Source of the DNA: Patescibacteria group bacterium
Lineage (GTDB): Bacteria > Bacteroidota > Ignavibacteria > Kapaibacteriales > Kapaibacteriaceae
Assembly (NCBI GenBank): GCA_044238605.1
Contig: JBIICY010000013.1
Coordinates: 1 to 35,526, forward strand
Direction of reading: 5' to 3'
Length of the DNA: 35,526 nucleotides
Shown here: in pieces, positions 23,692 through 33,208 of the stretch
How positions within the stretch are numbered: the first letter of the stretch is position 1
Layout: each line of letters starts with the position of its first letter
Program-made: the position numbers and the translations under genes
The notes under the pieces: model-generated
What the model was told of the DNA's origin: nothing
The model's input: only the letters and a program-made list of their open reading frames with translations
Databases searched by the model: none

Positions 23692-25860
23692 TTATTGCAC
23701 GATCAGTGCCGACGTTGCAATGCGTGATCCATTGTTGGCCGTTGCCGCAACGGTGTAGTGTCCGGCAGGTAGACTTGATATGTCGAGCTGCATAGGCCCT
23801 GCTAGGCCCGTGCCAACGGGTGCAACGAGTACTGTTGATCCCTGTACATCCACAACGGTCAGATACTGCACGTTCGTAACTCCCTCGCCAAACACCACCG
23901 ATACCATGCCCTGTGTTGCAGGTTGCGGCATAATGGTGATTGTGCGTTCGCTGTGTGATTCTTCGTTCACGCCAACAGTTTCAAACATGATTGGACGGTT
24001 TACCGATACGTTCTCAGGATGCGTGCTGTCGCGGTTATCGCATGGCAATAGTTCGTTGCGGTAGTACTGCGTAAGGACATGGTACTCACCGCTGTTGCAT
24101 TCACCGGTTTCGTTGTAGACAACGAGGTCTCCAAAGATGCGCACGGTGCCGCCGAGCTTGTAGTTGTATACCTGTGAGCATCCGCCGAGTAATGCCTTAC
24201 CCTTGATCGTATTGTTCTGCGCAAAGCACTGATCCTTGATCACTGCTGAGTCCGTAAGCGTGCCGCCGAGCACAAAGGCGTTGTCCGTTACGCGGGCGTT
24301 GCCGGAGATTGTTGCGTCATGCACAAATGTATGACCATCGATGCGGGCGTTGCCCGAGAGCTTGCTTGCACCAGAGACAATAGCACGAGGACCAACGTAA
24401 ACCGACGCCTCGACCGTGGCGCGGTCATCAACCCAGCCCCCTCCATTTGCATGACGGCGTCCGGCTGCTCTGCGCAGTTGTGGACGCACTAGTTCGGGGT
24501 CTTGATAACCCTCGGGCACAGCATTAGTCAGGCGCACTTCATACGGATAGTGATATCGTTTCGGGTTGCCGTTCCATGTATTGTTCAGCGCCGGATTTGC
24601 ATGCATGCTGTCAACCGGCGCACCGAGCACAACCAGATAGAGCTTTGCATCATCAGGTGTGAGCGTGATCTCGATAGTGCTTCGTGGATCAGCGTGCACC
24701 GTGCCGCGTCTGTTTTCCGTGCCGTCTGCACGTTCTGTCACAAATCCGTAGCGCCAACCAGCGTGATCGTTTACCTCGGTGTGACCAATAAACTGCACAC
24801 GCACCGGCTTTGAGCGGTCATCCGGATAGAGCGGCACAACATTGTATCCATAATCTTGAGGCGCATTGTACGGGTCCGAGTAATACCTGCGCTGCGTTGT
24901 ATCGATTGCACGGAGCACATCGTAGGTGCGCTGAGCAAAGATGCGACCCCAATCAGCATTGAGCCGGTCTCGGCGGGAATTGCGCAAATACGAGCCCCAT
25001 TGCTTCATCGGATAGTTCCACGTAGCAGCATTGCGTGCATAGTCGAACATGTAGTCATTAAACTCGGACTGCGTCATACCGGCCAGACGCCTAAGTGTCT
25101 GCAGCGGATATTCAAGGGGCTTCCATTCCGTCCACAAGCGGCTAACCATATCTAGCCCCTTTGTAGAATGAATGTGAAACAAGAAGTGATAGCCCTCGTA
25201 GTTGAATTTCCAATCAGGCTCGAGCATCAGATAGTGATGCGCATCGATGTCGGACGAAACTGCCTGAGGATAGATCGCATTGCGCACAAAGTTGGCATGG
25301 GTCTCGTAGAAGAGTCCGTCGTTATCATAAATAGCTTTACTACCGCGTGACGGATTCTGATTGTCGATATGGAACATCGCCTGCAGCGAGTGTGTAAACT
25401 CATGAGCAATCACGCCACCATCGCGCGTGGCACCTGGATGCACCCAGAACGCTCCAATCGAATCATCTACAGCCCAGCCATTTGCCCAGCCTTCTGGACC
25501 GCCCTTACCATACGTGTTGTACATCACGATCACGTACTTGTAGAGGTTAGCCTTTGAGGAGGGGGCTGTGTTGATCATCCCCATCTCCATGCAACGGTCG
25601 TAGACATACTCCATGGTGTCGAGCACCTGCTTGGGATCGAACCGCAAATCTGGATTTGCAAACTTCGATGGGTCGGTGCCGACGGAGTCGCCCCAGATCA
25701 TCAGGAAGTTCTTGCTCTGAGCAGTCTTTGTCCACGTAAACTGACGTCCCTCTACCGTCGTGGTATCACGGATGTACGCCGGCACATAGGCCCGCTTTTG
25801 CGCGATTAGGGAGCTGCCTGCAGCGATGCAGATACATACAAGAAGGACAAGATGGTTCAT
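23692..25860 (-). CDS. T9SS-secreted zinc metallopeptidase (HEXXH) with beta-helix repeats and C-terminal type IX sorting domain
   Basis: ATG at 25860 gives the signal peptide MNHLVLLVCICIAAGSSLIAQ. The zincin motif is VIAHEFTHSLQ. Left-handed-helix-like repeats GNARIDGHTFVHDATISGNARVTDNAFVLGG follow. The C-terminus YLTVVDVQGSTVLV...GHYTVAATANNGSRIATSALIVQ is typical of T9SS CTDs. The start overlaps the permease stop as ATGA. Confidence 0.65.
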   Translation of the reverse strand: MNHLVLLVCICIAAGSSLIAQKRAYVPAYIRDTTTVEGRQFTWTKTAQSKNFLMIWGDSVGTDPSKFANPDLRFDPKQVLDTMEYVYDRCMEMGMINTAPSSKANLYKYVIVMYNTYGKGGPEGWANGWAVDDSIGAFWVHPGATRDGGVIAHEFTHSLQAMFHIDNQNPSRGSKAIYDNDGLFYETHANFVRNAIYPQAVSSDIDAHHYLMLEPDWKFNYEGYHFLFHIHSTKGLDMVSRLWTEWKPLEYPLQTLRRLAGMTQSEFNDYMFDYARNAATWNYPMKQWGSYLRNSRRDRLNADWGRIFAQRTYDVLRAIDTTQRRYYSDPYNAPQDYGYNVVPLYPDDRSKPVRVQFIGHTEVNDHAGWRYGFVTERADGTENRRGTVHADPRSTIEITLTPDDAKLYLVVLGAPVDSMHANPALNNTWNGNPKRYHYPYEVRLTNAVPEGYQDPELVRPQLRRAAGRRHANGGGWVDDRATVEASVYVGPRAIVSGASKLSGNARIDGHTFVHDATISGNARVTDNAFVLGGTLTDSAVIKDQCFAQNNTIKGKALLGGCSQVYNYKLGGTVRIFGDLVVYNETGECNSGEYHVLTQYYRNELLPCDNRDSTHPENVSVNRPIMFETVGVNEESHSERTITIMPQPATQGMVSVVFGEGVTNVQYLTVVDVQGSTVLVAPVGTGLAGPMQLDISSLPAGHYTVAATANNGSRIATSALIVQ

Positions 25861-27212
25861 GAAGTAGCCTTTCGTCCATTGCGGAGCATGATCATGCCGA
25901 TACCAATGATGCCTGCAAAGAACAACACGCCCATAATGGCAGCGTTGGTATCGAACATGAAGATATTGAGCGATGTAAATGCACACGATCCAATGAAGAT
26001 CGCGGCGGCAATGTGGTTTCGAAGTTTAATGCGCTCTGAGCCAAGACGATAGATCGCAGCAGCGCTTACGGCAAGGCCTATTGCATCGATAAAGATGGTG
26101 TAGTTCAGAATGGTCTCAAACGACTCGCCCAGGTACACACTCAACACCGAGAGCGCCGTAAAGGCAATCAGCGAACCCTGCTGCACTCCGTTTACAGAAG
26201 TTTTTCCTGCAAGCCCCTTGGGAAGAACACCGTCTTCGCTCATGGCGTTGATCACGCGTGGGTTGGAGAGCATGGCAACGTTTACGTAGCCAAAGACGGA
26301 GATAACAAGGACAGTGGAGAGGATAACGGCGCCTTGCGGACCAAACATCTTCTCGACCACCAAGGCGGCTATCGATGAACTATTGGCTAGTGTGTCAAAC
26401 CCAAGCACGTGAACATAGGCCATGTTGGCAAGCAGGTAGATCGCCGTAATCAACGCAACGCCGATCATGATGGCAAGGGGCATTGTCCGCGTACTATCCT
26501 TGATCTCACCACCAAAGTTGATCGTGGACTGATAGCCACCAAACGTAAACGAGACAGCAATAAGGGCAAGTCCGAAGGACTCCCAAGGTCCTTGCGTGTG
26601 CACCACACGTGAAGCCAGCGTTTGGGTTGCCGGTTCTACGTAGGCAAGTGCTGCGATGATACAGGCAAGCATCAGTACCTTTACACCGATCAGGACATTC
26701 TGCACCTTCGTGCTTGCGCGCAGGCCCAGCATGTTGAGTCCATAGAGTGCAACGATCATTCCCGTAGCCGTGATTGACGTATCAATTCCGGGCAGTCCGC
26801 TGGCAATGTACTCTGCACCGATGATGGCCACACCCGCAGCTGAGGCCGCGTTGGAGGCCAGGATAATGGTGTTTACTGCGAAGGCGATAACCGGGTGATA
26901 GGCATGAGCGAATACGCGATAGTACGCGCCGGTAACCGGCATGCGACGTCCCACCTCGGCAAACGTCAGAGCTCCGGCAAGAGCAAAGACGCCCCCCGTG
27001 ATCCAGGCAAGGTAGAACAGCGTGGGGTCACCGGAGCGCAGCGCAACGGTTGCAGGAGTCCGAAAGATGCCCATGCCAATCACCAGACTGATCACCAGCA
27101 TCACAACATCGAACATCCCAAGTTTAAACCCTGATTTCGTCACCCCAAGCCCCCTGAATAATCGCATCCAATTTACACGCTGCGAGTAGTTTTGTGTCAT
27201 GAAACTTCTCAC
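25857..27212 (-). CDS. APC-superfamily amino-acid permease
   Basis: 451 aa, 12 TM. The N-terminus GMFDVVMLVISLVIGMGIFRTPATVA and the overall layout are typical of APC amino-acid transporters. Confidence 0.75.
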   Translation of the reverse strand: MRSFMTQNYSQRVNWMRLFRGLGVTKSGFKLGMFDVVMLVISLVIGMGIFRTPATVALRSGDPTLFYLAWITGGVFALAGALTFAEVGRRMPVTGAYYRVFAHAYHPVIAFAVNTIILASNAASAAGVAIIGAEYIASGLPGIDTSITATGMIVALYGLNMLGLRASTKVQNVLIGVKVLMLACIIAALAYVEPATQTLASRVVHTQGPWESFGLALIAVSFTFGGYQSTINFGGEIKDSTRTMPLAIMIGVALITAIYLLANMAYVHVLGFDTLANSSSIAALVVEKMFGPQGAVILSTVLVISVFGYVNVAMLSNPRVINAMSEDGVLPKGLAGKTSVNGVQQGSLIAFTALSVLSVYLGESFETILNYTIFIDAIGLAVSAAAIYRLGSERIKLRNHIAAAIFIGSCAFTSLNIFMFDTNAAIMGVLFFAGIIGIGMIMLRNGRKATS

Positions 27213-28872
27213 CCTGATATCAACATTAACCCTTTGCCTAAGCCCCGCATTGTCTCAGCAGTGGCAAGGCCGCACGATGCAGTGGATGCGCTCTGGATCG
27301 CGGGTGTTTAGCTCGCCCGAGTTGCGCGTCTACCTCGACTCGCTGGGGGCCGATCCAACGGGTGCAATGCCTTCGGATGACGCCATGACACAGGCCTTGT
27401 CAACCGCTCAGGGAGAGGGAGCAACGATTGTGCTTGGCGCAGGCACCTACATGTTTAGGCGTCCGCTGAACATCCCTTCCAACACCACCATCCAGGGTCA
27501 GGGGGCTGATGCCACCAAGCTTACCTTCAACAATCTTGGAGAGGTAGACTGCATCCGTATCCAGGGCGGAATAACGCGTGCACTCTACCCCTTGGTGCAG
27601 CCGTTGAAGCGGGGGGACTCGCTCCTGTACTTCGACGGAGGCGTGATGGAGCCGGGAGCATTGCTGCGCATCGTGCTGAACGACTCCGACTACGTCTACA
27701 GCGATTGGGCACGGGGCTCTGTAGGACAAGTTGTGGAAGTGCGCAGCAGTATCAATCAGGCAACAATTCTGGATACGCCGCTGCGGTTTAGTGCTAGTAT
27801 GAACCGCAATCCGCGGTGCATCAGAATTCTTCCGGCCCAGAACATCCGTCTACGTTGCATGAGTATTGAGCGCACGGATTCTACCGTGGGGCAGACGGCC
27901 AACATCCGTGTTGCCTATGCGCGCGATGTTGTTATTGATGGTGTCCGCAGCCGCAACACCAACTTTGGTCATATCGTAATCGAAGCATCAGCCCGCGTCA
28001 CCGTAACGCGCTGCGACATCGCCGAGAGTTTCGGCTATGGAGGGGGCGGACGTGGCTACGGCGTGGTGTGTCAGTTCACAGCCAGCGACTGCCGCATCGA
28101 GGATAACATCTTCAGTGATCTGCGTCATTCAATGCTCATGCAAGCCGGTGCCAACGGCAACGTCTTTGCCTACAACTCCTCTGTAAACGCCCGGTGGACA
28201 GAATTCCCGAACGATGCAGCCGGGGATGTAGTCTTCCATGGCAACTGGGTCTTTGGCAACCTCGTAGAAGGCAACGATGTGTGCCATATCGTTGTCGACA
28301 ATTCCCACGGCGCCAACGGCTGGTTCAATACCATCCTGCGCAACCGCTCCCGCGAGTACGGACTCTTCATGGGCGCATCACCCTATGCAGACTCCACAAC
28401 GATCATGGGCAATGAGATCACCAACACAGGTCTTATCAAGGGGCTCTTCATCATCGGTGGTGCTGGACTTGTAAACATCGGTAACATCGTGAAAGGAAAA
28501 CTCACGCCCCCTCAACTATCCATCGTGCCACCTGCATCGTTTCTCTACTCTATGCGTCCACCTTCCTACCAAGGCAGCATATGGCCGCCGCACGGCGCAA
28601 TGGACCCCGCCCAGCGAGACACAATACCCGCACGCATGCGCATGCTGGTATCCAAGCAGACATGTCCGTGCGAGGCCGACATCCCAACAACAGTTGCAGA
28701 TCGTACACCATTTACACCAAACTTCGACGGTGTGAATCAGGTGCTTGTGTATGATGTGCAGGGACGGTTAGTCTTTGAGGGATCCGTGCAGAAATATCGA
28801 TCATGGAACCACGATCGTTTGGTGATATCACAACACATTGCGAACGGCACGTTGTTGATGTTGATGCGGTAG
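27199..28872 (+). CDS. secreted right-handed beta-helix (pectate-lyase fold) protein with T9SS-type C-terminal domain
   Basis: Signal peptide MKLLTLISTLTLCLSPALSQ. Pectin-lyase-fold markers are present (TIVLGAGTYMFRRPLNIPSNTTIQGQG; repeated NxxG/VxxG rungs). The C-terminal QVLVYDVQGRLVFEGSV motif is typical of T9SS CTDs. Confidence 0.55.
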   Translation: MKLLTLISTLTLCLSPALSQQWQGRTMQWMRSGSRVFSSPELRVYLDSLGADPTGAMPSDDAMTQALSTAQGEGATIVLGAGTYMFRRPLNIPSNTTIQGQGADATKLTFNNLGEVDCIRIQGGITRALYPLVQPLKRGDSLLYFDGGVMEPGALLRIVLNDSDYVYSDWARGSVGQVVEVRSSINQATILDTPLRFSASMNRNPRCIRILPAQNIRLRCMSIERTDSTVGQTANIRVAYARDVVIDGVRSRNTNFGHIVIEASARVTVTRCDIAESFGYGGGGRGYGVVCQFTASDCRIEDNIFSDLRHSMLMQAGANGNVFAYNSSVNARWTEFPNDAAGDVVFHGNWVFGNLVEGNDVCHIVVDNSHGANGWFNTILRNRSREYGLFMGASPYADSTTIMGNEITNTGLIKGLFIIGGAGLVNIGNIVKGKLTPPQLSIVPPASFLYSMRPPSYQGSIWPPHGAMDPAQRDTIPARMRMLVSKQTCPCEADIPTTVADRTPFTPNFDGVNQVLVYDVQGRLVFEGSVQKYRSWNHDRLVISQHIANGTLLMLMR

Positions 28873-28933
28873 GTAGGGGCGAGCCGGTGGCTCGCCCGTT
28901 GTTGGTTCGGTAGGGGCGAGCCGATGGCTCGCC
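28868..28933 (+). repeat. two tandem stop-embedded REP-like hairpins (GGTAGGGGCGAGCC-grtg-GCTCGCCCGTTG)
   Basis: gcggtaggtaggggcgagccggtggctcgcccgttgttggttcggtaggggcgagccgatggctcgcccgttgg. The first copy starts on the gene's TAG stop. Confidence 0.75.
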
Positions 28934-28940
28934 CGTTGGG

Positions 28941-29648
28941 TACACAAGGGTACGTGGTGCCCAATGCGCACGTAAGGTTCCTCGGCACTTCGTGCCTCGG
29001 AATGACGCCCGCGCAGATTGTTTTTAATTGGAGATCAGCGCGCCTACGGCGCGCTGATCCAATAACATTTAAAGCTGCACCAGCGTCATTCCGAGCGAAG
29101 CGAGGAACCTAGGGACAGGGCACAGGGGTACGTGGTGCCCAATGCGCACGTAAGGTTCCTCGGCACTTCGTGCCTCGGAATGACGCCCGCGCAGATTGTT
29201 GTTGATTGGAGAGCAGCGCGCCTGCGGCGCGCTGCTCCATTAACATCTTAAGCTGCACGAGCGTCATTCCGAGCGAAGCGAGGAACCTTGGGACAGGGCA
29301 CAAGGTATTTGGTCGCCCAATGTGCACGTAAGGTTCCTCGGCACTTCGTGCCTCGGAATGACGTCCGCGCAGATTGTTTTTAATTGGAGATCAGCGCGCC
29401 TACGGCGCGCTGCTTCATTAACATTTAAAGCTGCACGAGCGTCATTCCGAGCGAAGCGAGGAACCTAGGGACAGGGCACAAGGTATTTGGTCGCCCAATG
29501 CGCACGTGAGGTTCCTCGGCACTTCGTGCCTCGGAATGACGCCCGCGCAGATTGTTTTTAACTGGAGAGCAGCGCGCCTACGGCGCGCTGCTCCATTAAC
29601 ATTTAAAGCTGCACGAGCGTCATTCCGAGCGAAGCGAGGAACCTAGCA
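28941..29648 (+). repeat. tandem array of four ~178-bp palindromic structured elements with TIR-like ends
   Basis: Unit starts at 28951, 29129, 29306 and 29484. The left end GGTTCCTCGGCACTTCGTGCCTCGGAATGACGCC and the right end GCGTCATTCCGAGCGAAGCGAGGAACC are imperfect inverted repeats. The central hairpin stems are GATCAGCGCGCC-tac-GGCGCGCTGATC (unit 1) and GAGCAGCGCGCC-tgc/tac-GGCGCGCTGCTC (units 2 and 4). Unit 3 is a hybrid. Confidence 0.9.
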
Positions 29649-29692
29649 GGTGCAATATCTTCACGTATTAGGCTTTCGTTTAAATTGCCCGT

Positions 29693-30085
29693 ATGGCAAA
29701 AGCTCAGCTCAAAACAGCGCAGACAGACGCCTCGGTGCAGGCGTTTCTCGATAAAATCAGTAAGCCCAACGTACTTGCAGACTGCGAAGAGTTGATCGCC
29801 CTCATGTCCAAGCTTACAAAACACCCACCTGCGATGTGGGGACCATCCATCATTGGATTTGGTAAGCAGGAACTCAAGTACGAAAGTGGGCGCACGCTCG
29901 ACTGGTTTGTCATGGGCTTTTCGCCGCGCGCAACAAGTCTGGTGATTTACACCAACATCAATCTGGAAGAGGCCACGGAAACGCTCGCCTCCTTAGGACC
30001 CCACAAAACAGGCAAAGGGTGTTTGTATATCAAGCGCATGTCCGATATCGACACAAAGGTGTTGGAGAAGTTTTTGGCGAGGTAG
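29693..30085 (+). CDS. DUF1801 (YdhG-like) domain protein
   Basis: 130 aa. MAKAQLKTAQTDASVQAFLDKI...AMWGPSIIGFGKQELKYESGRTLDWFVMGFSPRATSLVIY loosely resembles the DUF1801 block (YGMPAF.......l.yfaafk.hiGfYP). The assignment is tentative. Confidence 0.4.
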   Translation: MAKAQLKTAQTDASVQAFLDKISKPNVLADCEELIALMSKLTKHPPAMWGPSIIGFGKQELKYESGRTLDWFVMGFSPRATSLVIYTNINLEEATETLASLGPHKTGKGCLYIKRMSDIDTKVLEKFLAR

Positions 30086-30112
30086 GGGCGACCCTATGTG
30101 GTCGCCCTATGT
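30081..30112 (+). repeat. stop-embedded REP-like hairpin variant (AGG TAG GGGCGACC ctatgt GGTCGCCC)
   Basis: gaggtaggggcgaccctatgtggtcgccctatg. The 8-bp stem carries compensatory changes relative to the GGGCGAGCC/GGCTCGCCC copies. Confidence 0.6.
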
Positions 30113-30420
30113 GTGCGGTGGCCCGCCCAGTCGATTATCCCCCCATACGACACATTACGTCGCATCGAGAAGTAGTATTGTAAAAGCAATTGTATATAGA
30201 GGCACGATATATCGTGCCGGTAAATACAAGCAGCAAAGAATGTTGGATGTATGCGATGCACGCAATAAATATCGTTAGCATCGTGTTTAGATAAAGAAGA
30301 CGCTTATCTCTGGGCGACAACGTAGAATCGCCCCTTCTATGGTAGATATTGCCGCTTCCCGCCTCCGCGGGAATGACGAGTGCCCCCTCCGTACCCATAG
30401 TCCATCTTGGACTCCGCACT

Positions 30421-30500
30421 CCGTAATCCGTACCCCGTAACCAGTAACCAGTAACCAGTAACCAGTAACCAGTACCCCGTCCCTAGTCCCTAGTCCCTAA
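30421..30500 (+). repeat. heptamer satellites (CGTAAYC, CAGTAAC x5, GTCCCTA x3) immediately upstream of the S41 peptidase RBS/start
   Basis: ccgtaatccgtaccccgtaaccagtaaccagtaaccagtaaccagtaaccagtaccccgtccctagtccctagtccctaac, then ctcccGGAGGttctcATG (30516). Confidence 0.9.
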
Positions 30501-30515
30501 CTCCCGGAGGTTCTC

Positions 30516-32939
30516 ATGCATCCGCGCATCCTTGCCATCGCGATTGTTTCATGGGTGCTATGCGCGCCCCTTGCGCTCCAGGCGGACACAGCATCGGCGA
30601 TGCGGTATATCATGGAGCACTACGTGCACCCGTTGCCGCCTGGCAGCGAGAAGCTTCCGTATACGAAGTTTGATAAGCTGCTGGATAAGTGGACGTGGAT
30701 CATTTCCAACGAAGAGTGGTCAACGATGGCCAATAGCCTCCAGGGCAAACACACTGGTAAGGTTGGTGTTATGCTGCTGAAGCTTCCATACGGAGAGCGT
30801 GTTACGCATGTAACAGCGGGTTCTCCGGGATACTACACAGGCCTTATGATCGGCGATGTTGTAGAGTCATGGGGCGATGTAAGCGTAGTCTATCCCGACA
30901 CGACCGCAACGGCTGTGCGCAGGTATAGTCCTGCCGGACAATACATCATGCTGGATGTGCGCCGCGGAGATTCCTGCATGCGCATTCCAACATTCCGAGA
31001 AACATTCACAACAGATGCCGTCGATGTTGCCGTGCGCGGCAGAACGCTGGCCGTGCGCCTGGAGCAGTTCACAAGTGATATGCACAAGAACTTTACGATG
31101 AAGTGCTTTGGCATTGATCGCAGCAGCATTGATACGGTGATCTTTGATGTGCGAGACAACGGAGGCGGCTATGTGGACGCAGCACTGGCAATGATCGGGG
31201 AGTTTGTGAAGGAGGGAGACACCATGCTCTCGATGCATTTCCGCAACCGGACAGAATACAGCATTGCTGAGAGCACAGGCGATTGGTACGATCCGCGTCG
31301 TACGATCATCATCCTGCAGGACAGCGGTTCTGCATCAGCAAGCGAGCTTTTTGCCGGCGGTATGAGAGAGCGTGCACGCGCCATCATTGTGGGTCAGCGC
31401 AGCTACGGCAAGGGGCGAGTATTGAACCGCATTCCAGCTAGGGTGTTTGGGTCATTCAATGACCCCAAGATTGGCGGACTCAGCATCACGATTGCGCTCT
31501 ACAAAGCAGCCGGTAAGATCGATGTAGACAGCATTGGTATACCTGCATCAGTGGCAATTCCAGAGCAAGCAGCTGCATGGCTGCCTCCAACAGTTGATAT
31601 AATCGCTCTGCGCAACCGCACGCGCTATCCATCTGAGGAGCTCATCGATAGCATCAACCGTCTTGGCAGGGGAAATGCTGCGGGCCTTGTCTGGGGAGAT
31701 CGTATCTCGGCCCGAGTAGCAATAGATGATATCGCTTCCATGCGCGAGATGCTTCCAGTGCCTGTATGGCGCTGCCTTGCAGATCATGGAGCTGTGCACA
31801 CACAGTTTAGCCGTCAGGATGAAGAGCAGATCCGTCGGGCCATTTACGACGGCATCATCGGCAGCGTGCCAGACAGCGTGCTCCGCATCGAACCTGTCGA
31901 GAAGATGCTCGAGCACCTGCAGATCAACATCCGCATCCGCAGCAAGGAACAGGTGTTTGCTGAGCACACACTTGCCCCCAAGCTTATGAACACGCTCGGC
32001 CTGCGTTTGCGTCAGCACCAGAATGCCATCATTGTAGACCACGTTGCTCGCGGGTCAGCAGCATACAATGCAGGCGTCTGCGTAGGGGACAACATTGTAA
32101 GCGTAGAGAACTTTGCAACAGGCGGGGGCATCGACCGTGCAATAGCGCTGCTTGTGAACAGCAAGCCCCATGACGGAATCCTCGGCGTAGAAGTCCGCCG
32201 CGGCAACCGTCAGTTCACACTCCCCATCAGCCAAAGCTCAGCATCCGCATCACTTGTTACCTCAACGATCGACGATGACGTTGCCTACATCGCCCTGCAC
32301 AGCTTCTCGGTAGAAGCCGGCGCCCAGGCCCGCAAGAACATCATCGACGCCGACCGCCAGGGGGCTAGCAGCATCGTTATTGACTTGCGCGGCATTGCGG
32401 GTAACAACGCCCGCAGCGTAATCCACCTGCTGGACCTCTTTGGCAAAGGCAAACCGCTTGGTGCATCAGCCCCCTACATCCTTGTAGACCAGTTCACAGC
32501 AGGCGCGCCCGAGTACTTTGCAAGCCGCATGCAGCGAGAGCACGGCGCCGTGATCGTTGGCACAGCAACAGCTGGACGCATGGAGCGCGAGCTTCGCATG
32601 GGCATCAGCAACGAATCAGACATCATCATCACACGTCAGCTCGATACCCTCAGCAACGCCACATCCATCTCACCCGACATCCAGCTTACATGGCCTGAGC
32701 GCTCACTGGATGCCATCCGCACAGCCGCATCACACTTCAGAGACGTTGTCAACATGCGCAAGGACGCAACGGATATCACAGACAACGAGCTCGACAACAT
32801 CTACGCACGCATCCCCAACGCACAAAGCATCGACCGGGGCGTCCTCTCCGAAGCAATCTTCGGCAGCGCCGCCAAGTATTACCAGATAGCGCCTATCGTT
32901 CGCCGCGTGGTAAACAACAAACGATGGACGAGGAGATAG
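30516..32939 (+). CDS. S41-family peptidase (two S41 catalytic-domain copies plus PDZ-like region), secreted
   Basis: Signal peptide MHPRILAIAIVSWVLCAPLALQA. S41 blocks VIFDVRDNGGGYVDAALAMIGEF and IVIDLRGIAGNNARSVIHLLDLFG, each followed by Ser-rich SxSASE motifs (SGSASASELFA). The PDZ-like segment is HVTAGSPGYYTGLMIGDVVESWGDVSV. Confidence 0.7.
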   Translation: MHPRILAIAIVSWVLCAPLALQADTASAMRYIMEHYVHPLPPGSEKLPYTKFDKLLDKWTWIISNEEWSTMANSLQGKHTGKVGVMLLKLPYGERVTHVTAGSPGYYTGLMIGDVVESWGDVSVVYPDTTATAVRRYSPAGQYIMLDVRRGDSCMRIPTFRETFTTDAVDVAVRGRTLAVRLEQFTSDMHKNFTMKCFGIDRSSIDTVIFDVRDNGGGYVDAALAMIGEFVKEGDTMLSMHFRNRTEYSIAESTGDWYDPRRTIIILQDSGSASASELFAGGMRERARAIIVGQRSYGKGRVLNRIPARVFGSFNDPKIGGLSITIALYKAAGKIDVDSIGIPASVAIPEQAAAWLPPTVDIIALRNRTRYPSEELIDSINRLGRGNAAGLVWGDRISARVAIDDIASMREMLPVPVWRCLADHGAVHTQFSRQDEEQIRRAIYDGIIGSVPDSVLRIEPVEKMLEHLQINIRIRSKEQVFAEHTLAPKLMNTLGLRLRQHQNAIIVDHVARGSAAYNAGVCVGDNIVSVENFATGGGIDRAIALLVNSKPHDGILGVEVRRGNRQFTLPISQSSASASLVTSTIDDDVAYIALHSFSVEAGAQARKNIIDADRQGASSIVIDLRGIAGNNARSVIHLLDLFGKGKPLGASAPYILVDQFTAGAPEYFASRMQREHGAVIVGTATAGRMERELRMGISNESDIIITRQLDTLSNATSISPDIQLTWPERSLDAIRTAASHFRDVVNMRKDATDITDNELDNIYARIPNAQSIDRGVLSEAIFGSAAKYYQIAPIVRRVVNNKRWTRR

Positions 32940-33008
32940 CAGCGAGTAGCGAACTATTAGCAGCGAGCAGCGAGCAGCTAGCAGCGAACAGCGAGTAGCG
33001 AACAGCGA
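32940..33008. repeat. AGCGAGY heptamer satellite beginning immediately after the stop codon
   Basis: agcagcgagtagcgaactattagcagcgagcagcgagcagctagcagcgaacagcgagtagcgaacagcgagtagc. Confidence 0.85.
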
Positions 33009-33009
33009 G

Positions 33010-33180
33010 TAGCAGAGCTCCCTCGGCACTATGTGCCTCGGGATGACGCCCACACGTTGCTTTTTAGGTAGGCGCAGCGCGCCTGCGGCGCGCTGCGCCA
33101 TGTTATAAACCGCCTCTAAGCGGCGTCATTCCGAGCGAAGCGAGGAACCTCGGCGTCAATCCGAGCGAAGCGAGGAACCA
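33010..33180 (+). repeat. solo copy of the TIR-bounded palindromic element (family of the 28941-29648 array), with duplicated right end
   Basis: Left end ctccctcggcactatgtgcctcgggatgacgccc. Central 13-bp perfect stem GGCGCAGCGCGCC-tgc-GGCGCGCTGCGCC. The right end ggcgtcattccgagcgaagcgaggaacc occurs twice (33125-33180). Confidence 0.85.
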
Positions 33181-33208
33181 TGTGTAACAATTATCCTGGA
33201 GTTATGTC

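Noticed and set aside
28941-29648. Considered whether the regular ~178-bp tandem array is a CRISPR array
   Set aside because: Repeat units are far too long. There are no unique spacers between them, since the inter-unit 38 bp is itself repeated. The units are internally palindromic with TIR-like ends, and there are no cas genes nearby.
30135-30419. 94-aa minus-strand ORF
   Set aside because: It sits in a repeat-rich, partly AT-rich spacer containing the GGCACGAT palindrome and a degenerate TIR fragment. It has no family features and its composition is odd, so it is unlikely to be coding.
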